DNA of 62,133 bases, from NCBI GenBank assembly GCA_018818205.1, contig JAHISJ010000029.1, forward strand, positions 1-62,133. The letters run 5' to 3'. Below the pieces are notes generated by a model, which did no database searches, was not told the DNA's origin, and saw nothing but the letters and a program-made list of their open reading frames with translations. The stretch comes from Patescibacteria group bacterium (GTDB lineage Bacteria > Patescibacteriota > JABMPQ01 > JAHIRA01). The translations under genes were made by a program, and so were the position numbers. This document shows positions 17,901 to 24,280 of the stretch, in pieces (positions within the stretch are counted from its first letter, which is position 1; each line of letters starts with the position of its first letter).

Positions 17901-17969
17901 GCTGCGTTTATTGCTGCAGTAATCAAAGGTATCTATATACTTAAAAAACAAAAGAGAATCACAAAATAG
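14913..17969 (+). CDS. Large surface protein: 4 lamin-tail domains + PKD-like domain + OB-fold-like domain + C-terminal TM anchor
   Basis: LTD signatures are VYINEV..FIELF, ISELLPDP..GEFIELTN, ITELMPNP..SEWIELYN and ITELVPNP..NEWIELYN. The PKD-like block is DGTGSSDPDGDMLSYAWDFGDDG. An S/T/K-rich linker leads to GEFVKLSGTITV...FYIQDDTGGMQLY, then a terminal hydrophobic helix. Confidence 0.85.
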   Translation: MRKLFPVLIGSVFGTLFFCVFSALADEPAVYINEVGFKEDNDFIELFVAADANLAHYEIWEGGTIVATLPDSFTYQEGDLILIHEESGVNDVKKSDNSKEAYDLFAMGSLTGTDNIIQIKKPDDTGTVVDVVIWSNANGSFTGSKLEANNALTEGLWDGDEPFSSTSDSSAWTDSDEVTKGFSLQRTSIGFPVSPDDFEVNVASPGVVEPENSPPIASAVCSASVVEGNDAQFDGTGSSDPDGDMLSYAWDFGDDGTAETSYAAHTYQNIGTYTATLVVTDAYGLSSNDSCVVSVSQKKYSHTLIISELLPDPIGDDASGEFIELTNTGQSSVDLDGYQVSDGSKTYTISSDDFDSTVVASSNYFLIPRAVSSIALNNTNDHVFLRDPHGTNITDVQYDQSQEGYAYAYNQSVYTWTKTPTPGAKNVIEQDPPPEPKETKDPPKTSPPEPAKPELPSGTCVSNVSITELMPNPQGEDAQSEWIELYNGNDVAVDLARWKLDDAEGGSVPYEFMTQTPVGAHSYAVFNRAETSIALNNSNESVRLFCPDGSDVSSASFEGSAPEGSSYASQGTVWSWTTTPTPGSNNVITGESSDTGGNVGGDPTPSSESNTLPKGPFSRDVFITELVPNPKGVDADNEWIELYNAGDKDVSLGKWQIDDEEGGSKPYTIPDETVIKAKTYVVFTSNITKLQLKNTVDSARLIAPDGTVISGVRYNDKILDDVSFARDDSGKWHWTTTPTKGTKNTFTAVSSNKKTSTKSTKKSTATKTSTSKAKKDKSSATLMTIAEALTKEKGEFVKLSGTITVAPGMLAKRSFYIQDDTGGMQLYKSKDDVPNVAVGDEVEVVGKISVAQGEKRVLIAELSDVTVISKGKELKIDIFKTGEVTDQHLGKIIRVKGVLIKKEGNVLYLDDGSGVLKIVISTGSGLKAKDFVEGIEYEVTGLLRLKDGAIVLSPRMKEDVIFAEDKKGTDDLKAEALQSSSSLPFKSSVIWIIVGVAAFIAAVIKGIYILKKQKRITK

Positions 17970-18040
17970 TTGACTCAAACACTCATTTATGGTTAACTGA
18001 GGTGCTTGTACTTTGGTTAACCAAAAAACAGGAGGGAGTC

Positions 18041-19663
18041 ATGGATATAATGGCTCTGTTTGAGAAGGCGTTTAGTTTAGGCTTTAACATATCACTTGCA
18101 GAGGTGCTTACGTCAAAAGAGTATGTACAGATTTTAGAGCATCAACAAGGATTTTCTAGGCAGTTTCCAGAAAGCTCTGACGAAGGGATTGCATTGCGTG
18201 CGGGAATTGGAGAAATGGCGGTTGTTTTGAATACGCACAATGAGCATACCCCCTGGTGTTTGCCACAGAATTTTGCCAACGATCAGCTGCCAAATTTTGA
18301 ACTTATGGCACTAATACGCTTTTTTGGTATCAAAATAATTGCGTCTGCCAAAGATTGCCTACCGCAAAGAGCGCTTGAACTTGCAGAGCAATGGAAAAGT
18401 GCGATGAGTTCGGACGAGCAAATTAAGATTGCAAAGGAAGTTGCACTACTATTTCAGGGACCTGATTTGGAGGAACACAAGTCGCTCATTGAACTTCCTC
18501 CCGGAAGAACAATTGATCTAAAGGAATATCCTTGCAACTATATTCCACGAATATATGGACGATTTGAGCCAGGAGTTACCGATATCTGTTGTGTTGGCAA
18601 AGCACTCTTACTTGCGGCATTTGCAGAATTAACAAGTTCGCGTTTTGTTGCCGTTTTTCCTATCGTAAGCGTTGAATGTGCCATCCAGCAGTATATACAT
18701 GAGATGTGTGATGTTGTTGCTCAAGAGATTATGGCAGGAGCGTTTCCTGTCAGTAAAAGCTTGTCGGATATGATCTTACAATTGTGTAAAGTTGATATTC
18801 AAGATGATTTTCATGTTGCTATTGCAATTCAGCTTAAAAATAGTGAGTTATGTCTCATTGATCCAAATTTACGACTCGCCTCTTCCTATCGCTTGACCGG
18901 TGAACTTGGGAAAGCACTTACGGCGCTCAACAAATATCACGAGGTACTCCCTGGTCTTACGATTCACGTTAATGACGGTGCATTTTGTGAAAAAATTGAT
19001 GTACAAAAAGAGTGTATTCAAGAGCAAATTGAATTTACGAAAAGATTACAAGAATGTTGTCTTGGCTGGAATGATTCTAATCCTGAAACACTGATATTGC
19101 TCATAAATGATTTTAGCGAGTTTGTATTAGTAAAGAAACAATATGCGGACGAATTGAGACACACTGGTCACGAAGATAAATCAAAAGAAGTTGAATCACT
19201 GAACACAGCAGATTTTATACGTGATATTATTCTCAGCGGTGACCTAGATGGTGTGAAAGAGGTTATTCATGAGCAAGGCACAAGAGCGATTATTAGTCAT
19301 GTTGTTGGGTTTATACTTGAACGTGCGCTAAATGCAGCTCTAAATAGGGTATTTGGCGAAGACAATCGAAGAAAAATGGTTCATCCCCATTTGGAACTAG
19401 GAAACCCTGTATTCAGCTTGGCTATTGCGGTCCTTTCAAAAATTGCCACATACATGGATGTTGATGAGAATGCACTATTATTTGCAGGATTTACGCGATC
19501 GCAGCTGATGCTTAGAAACGTGCTTGTATATCTTGCGTCAAAAGAGGCACGTGATGCTTACGAGGAAGAAATGCTTTGTGAAACAGTTATTGCTCTTCAG
19601 GGTCTGCCTCTCATACACCCAGAATGTAAGAAGCTTATTGATCTTATGTCCCAGCCTATGTAG
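18041..19663 (+). CDS. Cytoplasmic hypothetical protein with a possible transglutaminase-like Cys/His/Asp core
   Basis: AGGAGGGAGTC precedes the ATG at 18041. DICCVGKALLLAAFAEL ... FHVAIAIQLKNSELCLIDPN resembles the C...H-x16-D arrangement of the transglutaminase-like fold. This is tentative. Confidence 0.55.
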   Translation: MDIMALFEKAFSLGFNISLAEVLTSKEYVQILEHQQGFSRQFPESSDEGIALRAGIGEMAVVLNTHNEHTPWCLPQNFANDQLPNFELMALIRFFGIKIIASAKDCLPQRALELAEQWKSAMSSDEQIKIAKEVALLFQGPDLEEHKSLIELPPGRTIDLKEYPCNYIPRIYGRFEPGVTDICCVGKALLLAAFAELTSSRFVAVFPIVSVECAIQQYIHEMCDVVAQEIMAGAFPVSKSLSDMILQLCKVDIQDDFHVAIAIQLKNSELCLIDPNLRLASSYRLTGELGKALTALNKYHEVLPGLTIHVNDGAFCEKIDVQKECIQEQIEFTKRLQECCLGWNDSNPETLILLINDFSEFVLVKKQYADELRHTGHEDKSKEVESLNTADFIRDIILSGDLDGVKEVIHEQGTRAIISHVVGFILERALNAALNRVFGEDNRRKMVHPHLELGNPVFSLAIAVLSKIATYMDVDENALLFAGFTRSQLMLRNVLVYLASKEARDAYEEEMLCETVIALQGLPLIHPECKKLIDLMSQPM

Positions 19664-19694
19664 CTATAGTATTTTTTATCAATGCTTAATTGAT

Positions 19695-19729
19695 TCACCG
19701 GTTTGCATAAAGCAGATCGGTGATTTTTT
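19695..19729 (+). terminator. Probable terminator after the 18041-19663 gene
   Basis: TCACCG / CGGTGA stem followed by TTTTTT. Confidence 0.5.
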
Positions 19730-19787
19730 ATTGCCCAAGAAAAAGATTCAGCGTATACTCATATTATAAGCAAATTATCCCATATTT

Positions 19788-20099
19788 ATGGCAAAAAAGA
19801 ACAAGCACAAAAAAAAGAATTACCATCTTGAGCACGTGTACCGTGATGTTAAGAAAGATGACAGTGGTTCTGAAGAAACTGAGGTAAAAAGTACTAAGCA
19901 GTCACCTATTTCACCCGTTTCTGAGCAACAGACCCAAGGCAGTATCCAAGGAAAAAGCGTACGAAAGGATGCTCTATTTGCACTGTCGCTTACCGTTTTG
20001 TGCGTAGGTATTTTAGGTGTTCTCTATTACTTTGAATCAACAAGCCCATTTATTGATGCAACTGCCAACTCTTTTCTTGATTCGCTCATGAGTAGATAG
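19788..20099 (+). CDS. Small membrane-anchored protein (basic N-terminus, one TM)
   Basis: MAKKNKHKKKNYH... with the hydrophobic helix ALFALSLTVLCVGILGVLYYF. Confidence 0.5.
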   Translation: MAKKNKHKKKNYHLEHVYRDVKKDDSGSEETEVKSTKQSPISPVSEQQTQGSIQGKSVRKDALFALSLTVLCVGILGVLYYFESTSPFIDATANSFLDSLMSR

Positions 20100-20101
20100 C
20101 G

Positions 20102-20110
20102 TTATCCACA
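20102..20110 (+). promoter_or_regulatory. Perfect DnaA-box 9-mer (TTATCCACA)
   Basis: Exact consensus, intergenic, 3 nt after the stop of the 19788-20099 gene. Confidence 0.55.
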
Positions 20111-20113
20111 ACA

Positions 20114-20140
20114 AAATACCCTTATTCTAGGGTATTTTTT
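20114..20140 (+). terminator. Rho-independent terminator
   Basis: AAATACCC / GGGTATTT stem followed by a T-run. Confidence 0.7.
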
Positions 20141-20156
20141 AGTACATTCGGTAGAT

Positions 20157-20177
20157 ACGATCGATCTATATTATTTT
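20157..20177. repeat. AT-rich GATC 20-mer, copy 2
   Basis: ACGATCGATCTATATTATTTT. It lies between convergent genes. Confidence 0.7.
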
Positions 20178-20180
20178 GAA

Positions 20181-20447
20181 CTAGGCATCCTTCCAATTCC
20201 ACCATTTGAGTTTTTCCGGATCCGGATTTTTAGTGCGTGCAAAGTATACGGCAGTTTTGCATACATACAGTAAGCAGCGATCAATGTGGCTCCCTTGATA
20301 TGCACAGATATCATCGTACAATTTTTGGGGTTGAACGGAACGTAAGTCACTGACTTTCCTAATACCAACATTCCAAAAATCATGTGCAATACTTTCACCA
20401 ACTCCTGGGATTGTTTTTAGCTCAGTTATTGACTCTTTCTTGCTCAT
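20181..20447 (-). CDS. Helix-hairpin-helix domain protein (Cdd1/TfoX-C-like)
   Basis: LKTIPGVGESIAHDFWNVGIRKVSDL is an HhH motif. The protein is 88 aa. Confidence 0.6.
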   Translation of the reverse strand: MSKKESITELKTIPGVGESIAHDFWNVGIRKVSDLRSVQPQKLYDDICAYQGSHIDRCLLYVCKTAVYFARTKNPDPEKLKWWNWKDA

Positions 20448-20508
20448 TTAGCATGTTTTAGATTGTCTCTGTCTAGTGTAGCATAGAAGCACGTCGGTTT
20501 TCCACTGC

Positions 20509-20551
20509 TTATCCACAGAATTATGGCAAATATGATAGATCTATATTATTT
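20509..20551 (+). promoter_or_regulatory. DnaA box + GATC 20-mer composite unit
   Basis: TTATCCACAGAATTATGGCAAATATGATAGATCTATATTATTT. It is nearly identical to 21422-21464. Confidence 0.65.
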
Positions 20552-20662
20552 CTTTCTATCGTTTTAGCATATTGAGCGTCCCTTTTTGGAAAGCAGATTG
20601 GGATTCAAGATAATGTAGAAAAAGAGATTCATGTTGCGCATTTCTGAGTTACCTTTTTGGTG

Positions 20663-20684
20663 CATTGTTCCACGTGGAACAATG
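20663..20684. promoter_or_regulatory. parS-type palindrome 1
   Basis: CATTGTTCCACGTGGAACAATG is a perfect 22-bp dyad. The core TGTTCCACGTGGAACA differs by one base from the consensus parS TGTTNCACGTGAAACA. Confidence 0.8.
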
Positions 20685-20838
20685 CCTCTGGTTTTTTGGT
20701 TATTGCATATGCATACTACATAGCTGTCTCTATATGTAAAAAATCTTACACTGTATCATTATTAATGTACCTGTTAGTGAGGTATGCTTTGTCCCTGCAC
20801 GATATTTTCAAAATTTTGAGCGTAGAGATACTTTGTTG

Positions 20839-20858
20839 ATTGTTCCACGTGGAACAAT
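20839..20858. promoter_or_regulatory. parS-type palindrome 2
   Basis: ATTGTTCCACGTGGAACAAT, a perfect 20-bp dyad. Confidence 0.8.
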
Positions 20859-20937
20859 GTTATTCAATGCAGAAAGAATACATACCGCTTGTTTGCAAAG
20901 TAGTATTGATCAAAGATGTGATTTGCTTGACTGGTGC

Positions 20938-20965
20938 ATAGAATGTTCCACGTGGAACATTCTAT
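20938..20965. promoter_or_regulatory. parS-type palindrome 3
   Basis: ATAGAATGTTCCACGTGGAACATTCTAT, a perfect 28-bp dyad. Confidence 0.8.
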
Positions 20966-21112
20966 TGATGTGCAATGGTTGTGAACGTAACATATAATAA
21001 TTTGTGTCGCGATTTTCAGATCACATAGTAGCACTTCTTCATATTGAATGTAAAAGTTCTGCTTGTTGGAAAATTTCTGTCAGATGCTCGGAATATTTGT
21101 ATTGTCTGCATA

Positions 21113-21136
21113 TATATGTTCCACGTGGAACATATA
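21113..21136. promoter_or_regulatory. parS-type palindrome 4
   Basis: TATATGTTCCACGTGGAACATATA, a perfect 24-bp dyad. Confidence 0.8.
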
Positions 21137-21238
21137 CATGTCATGCTACCTGTTTACTGAACGTACATCCTCCTGGCAATAATTTTAGTGTCTATTCCAT
21201 TGTAGCGTTCGACTATTTACTGATGTCAAACGGAGCTA

Positions 21239-21264
21239 CTCATTGTTCCACGTGGAACAATGAG
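21239..21264. promoter_or_regulatory. parS-type palindrome 5
   Basis: CTCATTGTTCCACGTGGAACAATGAG, a perfect 26-bp dyad. Confidence 0.8.
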
Positions 21265-21421
21265 GATGCTCAAAAGGGTGAGAGCACTCATCAGGCACTT
21301 GCCATTCAGGAAATTGTATTTGGCACAAAGCTTGGGGAGCAAACGTATGCTTGCGGATAGTGACAGGTAAAAGAGACTATTTTGCACAGAAAAGATACTT
21401 CCTGGCACTGTTATACACTAC

Positions 21422-21464
21422 TTATCCACAGAATAGTGGCAAAAACGATCGATCTATATTATTT
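21422..21464 (+). promoter_or_regulatory. DnaA box + GATC 20-mer composite unit
   Basis: TTATCCACAGAATAGTGGCAAAAACGATCGATCTATATTATTT. Confidence 0.65.
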
Positions 21465-21599
21465 CCGTTTCATGGTGTATCTGCTTGTTGTTCGCATATA
21501 CTACAAATCGTGTATATATCCGAAATACAAAAAGCCTTTATTCAAGGCTTTTTATGTATACATGTTCGGATACTCTGCAAAACGCGCGTATATCCGAAC

Positions 21600-23069
21600 T
21601 TATCTACGGGGTTGCTTCTTAATATATGGGAGTACAAAAACAATACCAAGTGTTAGCCAAAACAGCATGATCCCCTGTCTAATCGACCAAAAGTAATGGT
21701 CAAAGAATCCTGCAAAAATAAGTATGCTGCCAAGTATTATAGAAAAGAGCATAGGAAGGGTTATTTTCCCTTTTTTTTGTATGGCAATGTAGAGTCTTTT
21801 TACCACTCTCAGGAGGATAATAAGGAGTATTCCGAGTCCCATGAGTCCAATTTCAGCGGTAATAAGGAGATAGAGGTTGTGTACCGGTTGATATACCCAG
21901 TCCTCGAGTCCAAAGTAGTAGATTGACATGGTGTAGATAAAGTTTCCCATACCAATGCCTACAAAAGGTGAATAAGTAATGAAGTCGTAGGAGACGTCGG
22001 TTAAAAATTGTCTTTGAGAAAGGGCCATATCTCCGTTTGAGTCACCGAGTGTCATTCTGTTTGTGAAAAAAGGAAGAAAAATCATACCAAGAATTACTGT
22101 CGCGAGTAGCAGTGTTCCAATTGGATAGAGTATCTGTTTAGATTTTATTTTCCCCTTAAGTGTTTTTGCCAGTCCGAAGAGTAAAAGAAGGGCCCAAGCG
22201 ATAATTAATGAGGCGAGTGCGGTTCGTGAAAAAGAGAGAAACACCCCAACAGTACTCAGTAATGTGCAAAAAAGTGTACCAAAATAGGCAACAGAAAGCA
22301 CTCCTGACGTAAGCGGGAGAGTTAGTGCTGTTTTTTTTGTTCCAAAAAGCGTTAGTGTAGTCGATTTTTGAGAATTTTTTCGTTTTTTGTAGAGTAATAT
22401 AGTGAGAAGCATTCCTGCAACTGTTGCAATCACCAGGAACATACCGAGCAGGTTAGCATGCGGAAATGTACCGACACTGCGGATTATTCGGGTATTATCA
22501 ATAACGATTTTAGGGACATTAAAGATAAAAGGCGATGTGTCGATTTCACCCAGTATTTTGAGACCAAGCGAACGTTGAAGCGTGAACTGAAACAATGCGA
22601 GTATGGCCTGGAATGCTCCTGATATGAGTAATACACCGAGTGTAGCCGCTATTTTGTATGTAGAGCGAATGGCCGTTGTATAAAAGAAAAGGAATAGTGC
22701 GCCGGTAAGCACCGCTACGCGATACCATGCAATGGTTTTAATATATACCTCAGGAAGAAATACGGTAGCAATAGAGAGCCCAATGAGTGCAATTGCCGCA
22801 AATAAGAGGACTTTGTCTAGTTTAGCTGGTCTAGGTGTCTTTGTGATGATTCGGATAGTGAATTGTACGAGGACTAGAGCTATGAGAGCAAGGAGAACAA
22901 TATCTGAAGCGTAGAGTGACACTGTAAGCCATTCGTTAAAGCCTGAAATAAGCCGTACCATGCCAAATTCAAAGAAATGCCTTTTTTCAAAAGGAAGAAT
23001 AATGACGTAGAGAAGAAAAAGAGCAAATGAAAGTCTTGAGAGATAATATAGAATGGTCGTTTTTGGCAT
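21600..23069 (-). CDS. O-antigen ligase / polymerase-like (Wzy_C) polytopic membrane protein
   Basis: There are roughly ten or more hydrophobic helices. FSRTALASLII and HNLYLLITAEIGLMGL are blocks typical of Wzy_C. I chose the start at 23069 (MPKTTILYY); the longer ORF to 23189 runs through repeats. Confidence 0.72.
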   Translation of the reverse strand: MPKTTILYYLSRLSFALFLLYVIILPFEKRHFFEFGMVRLISGFNEWLTVSLYASDIVLLALIALVLVQFTIRIITKTPRPAKLDKVLLFAAIALIGLSIATVFLPEVYIKTIAWYRVAVLTGALFLFFYTTAIRSTYKIAATLGVLLISGAFQAILALFQFTLQRSLGLKILGEIDTSPFIFNVPKIVIDNTRIIRSVGTFPHANLLGMFLVIATVAGMLLTILLYKKRKNSQKSTTLTLFGTKKTALTLPLTSGVLSVAYFGTLFCTLLSTVGVFLSFSRTALASLIIAWALLLLFGLAKTLKGKIKSKQILYPIGTLLLATVILGMIFLPFFTNRMTLGDSNGDMALSQRQFLTDVSYDFITYSPFVGIGMGNFIYTMSIYYFGLEDWVYQPVHNLYLLITAEIGLMGLGILLIILLRVVKRLYIAIQKKGKITLPMLFSIILGSILIFAGFFDHYFWSIRQGIMLFWLTLGIVFVLPYIKKQPRR

Positions 23070-23074
23070 AAATC

Positions 23075-23083
23075 TGTGGATAA
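23075..23083 (-). promoter_or_regulatory. Perfect DnaA-box 9-mer (TGTGGATAA on the plus strand)
   Basis: Exact consensus, 6 nt upstream of the proposed start of the ligase-like gene. Confidence 0.5.
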
Positions 23084-23106
23084 GTTGTTTATAGATTGGA
23101 ATGAAT

Positions 23107-23116
23107 GGGGGGGGGG
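23107..23116. repeat. Homopolymeric G10 (C10 on the coding strand of the ligase-like gene)
   Basis: GGGGGGGGGG lies 38-47 nt upstream of the 23069 start. It is the only G/C run of this length that I saw in the window. Confidence 0.9.
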
Positions 23117-23118
23117 CG

Positions 23119-23267
23119 TTTTGAGAGAGGGTGGGGATGAACCCCACCCGTACGGACATTGAATTTGTAGGGATGGGGTTCATCCCCACCCGCGCGTTAG
23201 GAACAGAATTTCACTTTAGTATAGCATAGATGGTGCCTTTTGAGAGAGGGTGGGATTCATCCCCACG
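23119..23267. repeat. Cluster of three GGGTGGGG..CCCCACCC hairpin repeats
   Basis: TTTTGAGAGAGGGTGGGGATGAACCCCACCCGTACGG (23119-23155), GGGATGGGGTTCATCCCCACCC (23170-23191) and TTTTGAGAGAGGGTGGGATTCATCCCCACGC (23238-23267). The loop orientation differs between units 1 and 3 although their left flanks are the same. Confidence 0.8.
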
Positions 23268-23328
23268 CTACCTTTATTAATTTCTTCACATGGTATATAC
23301 TACAGGTGCTCAAAATTAGTATACATCT

Positions 23329-24153
23329 ATGAAAAAGTTTGTTATTGGATTTTTTATTGTCGTAGGACTTATCTTTATAATTGGTGCAATTATTCTTGGT
23401 GTTTTGTATGTGGCGGCCCCTGATCGCTATAACGTACTTATTATTGGTACTGACCAGCGTGGTGATGAGCGGTCGCGTAGTGATGTATTGATGGTTTTTT
23501 CTATTCCCAAGAATCCAAAGGAGCAGACGACGCTGCTTACGATTCCTCGGGACAGTAAGGTTGAGATTCCTGGAGAAGGGGAAGATAAGATTACCCATGC
23601 CTATGTGTATGGGAAGAAAAAGGACCCTGACAGCTCCCTTGGCAATGTTGATTTAACACAAAGCACTGTGGAGAATCTTTTAGGCATTAAAATGGACGCA
23701 ACACTTGAGTATAATTTTGATAGTTTCTCAGAGATTGTTGACTTGATTGGTGGAGTAAACGTAGATGGCACACAAATGGATAGCGATGACGCGCTCCTTG
23801 CAGCGCGGAATCGCTATAGAGCAGGTGGTGACTTTGCTCGTACAGAAGATCAACGGCAGATATTTCAAAGTATTTTAGCTCAGGCAAAGAATAAAGATGT
23901 TGCTACGGCGCTTTACCATTACATGACTACTTCAAAAAACGCTCGGTTGCAGTTTTCACGGATGAGTGCAGGGCATTTTGGATTGGGGTTTTATATGAGA
24001 AGGCTTGGTAGGATTTCTATTGGTGACATTACGGAAGAAGTGGTGCCAGGGAAGGGCGGTACGCAGTATTCGGCGAAGTTTGGGCAGAATTTGTATTTTT
24101 GGGGTGTGGATGAAGAGGGGTTAGAAGAGATTGTGGAAGAGGGGTTTAGGTAG
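23329..24153 (+). CDS. LytR-CpsA-Psr (LCP) family protein
   Basis: N-terminal TM helix, then VLIIGTDQRGDERSRSDVLMVFSIP...LLTIPRDSKVEIPG, which is the canonical LCP core. Confidence 0.85.
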   Translation: MKKFVIGFFIVVGLIFIIGAIILGVLYVAAPDRYNVLIIGTDQRGDERSRSDVLMVFSIPKNPKEQTTLLTIPRDSKVEIPGEGEDKITHAYVYGKKKDPDSSLGNVDLTQSTVENLLGIKMDATLEYNFDSFSEIVDLIGGVNVDGTQMDSDDALLAARNRYRAGGDFARTEDQRQIFQSILAQAKNKDVATALYHYMTTSKNARLQFSRMSAGHFGLGFYMRRLGRISIGDITEEVVPGKGGTQYSAKFGQNLYFWGVDEEGLEEIVEEGFR

Positions 24154-24237
24154 ATTAGGGTGGGGACAAAGCTTAGACAGATTAGGGTGGGGACAAGCCC
24201 CACCCGTACGCAGTAGGGGTGCCCCTTGTGGGTACCC
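24152..24237 (+). repeat. Tandem AGATTAGGGTGGGGACAA(A)GC x2, GGGTGGGG hairpin and a REP (GTAGGGGTGCCCCTTGTGGGTACCC)
   Basis: Direct tandem copies are at 24152-24173 and 24178-24198. The hairpin is at 24185-24205 and the REP at 24213-24237, upstream of the RAYT gene. Confidence 0.8.
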
Positions 24238-24246
24238 GATGGGAAT

Positions 24247-24280
24247 AAAAGCGGAGAAAATTTATTTTTATCCGCTTTTT
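24247..24280 (+). terminator. Rho-independent terminator (after the LCP gene)
   Basis: AAAAGCGGA / TCCGCTTTT stem plus a T-run, ending right at the RAYT start codon. Confidence 0.65.

Noticed and set aside
14922-17926. Numerous antisense or alternate-frame ORFs inside the LTD gene (e.g. 15263-15646, 16367-16822, 16910-17338).
   Set aside because: They are shadow ORFs of a long, clearly homologous coding frame. The same applies to 31966-32346 and 33047-33559 (antisense to the pilin genes), 53178-53816 (alternate frame of the Cys-rich gene), 55533-56150 (antisense to holA), 47109-47690 (antisense to truB) and 46326-46793 (antisense to uvrB).
20663-21264. The five regularly recurring 20-28-bp repeats could be a CRISPR array.
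   Set aside because: The repeats are perfect palindromes matching parS. Their flanking bases differ between copies. The 'spacers' are 75-150 bp and uneven in length. No cas genes or leader are present.
20100-21600. A confident call of oriC.
   Set aside because: DnaA boxes, AT-rich GATC motifs and parS are suggestive. However, there is no dnaA/dnaN, one motif unit is 8 kb away, and genes on the left run toward the region rather than away from it. I reported it only as a hypothesis.
20657-21696. ORFs 20657-20839, 21004-21360, 21351-21656 and 21382-21696 in the parS region.
   Set aside because: They are short and overlap each other, lack SD sequences and have odd composition (Cys/His/Tyr-rich). 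They read straight through the palindromes and DnaA-box units, so they are most likely non-coding.
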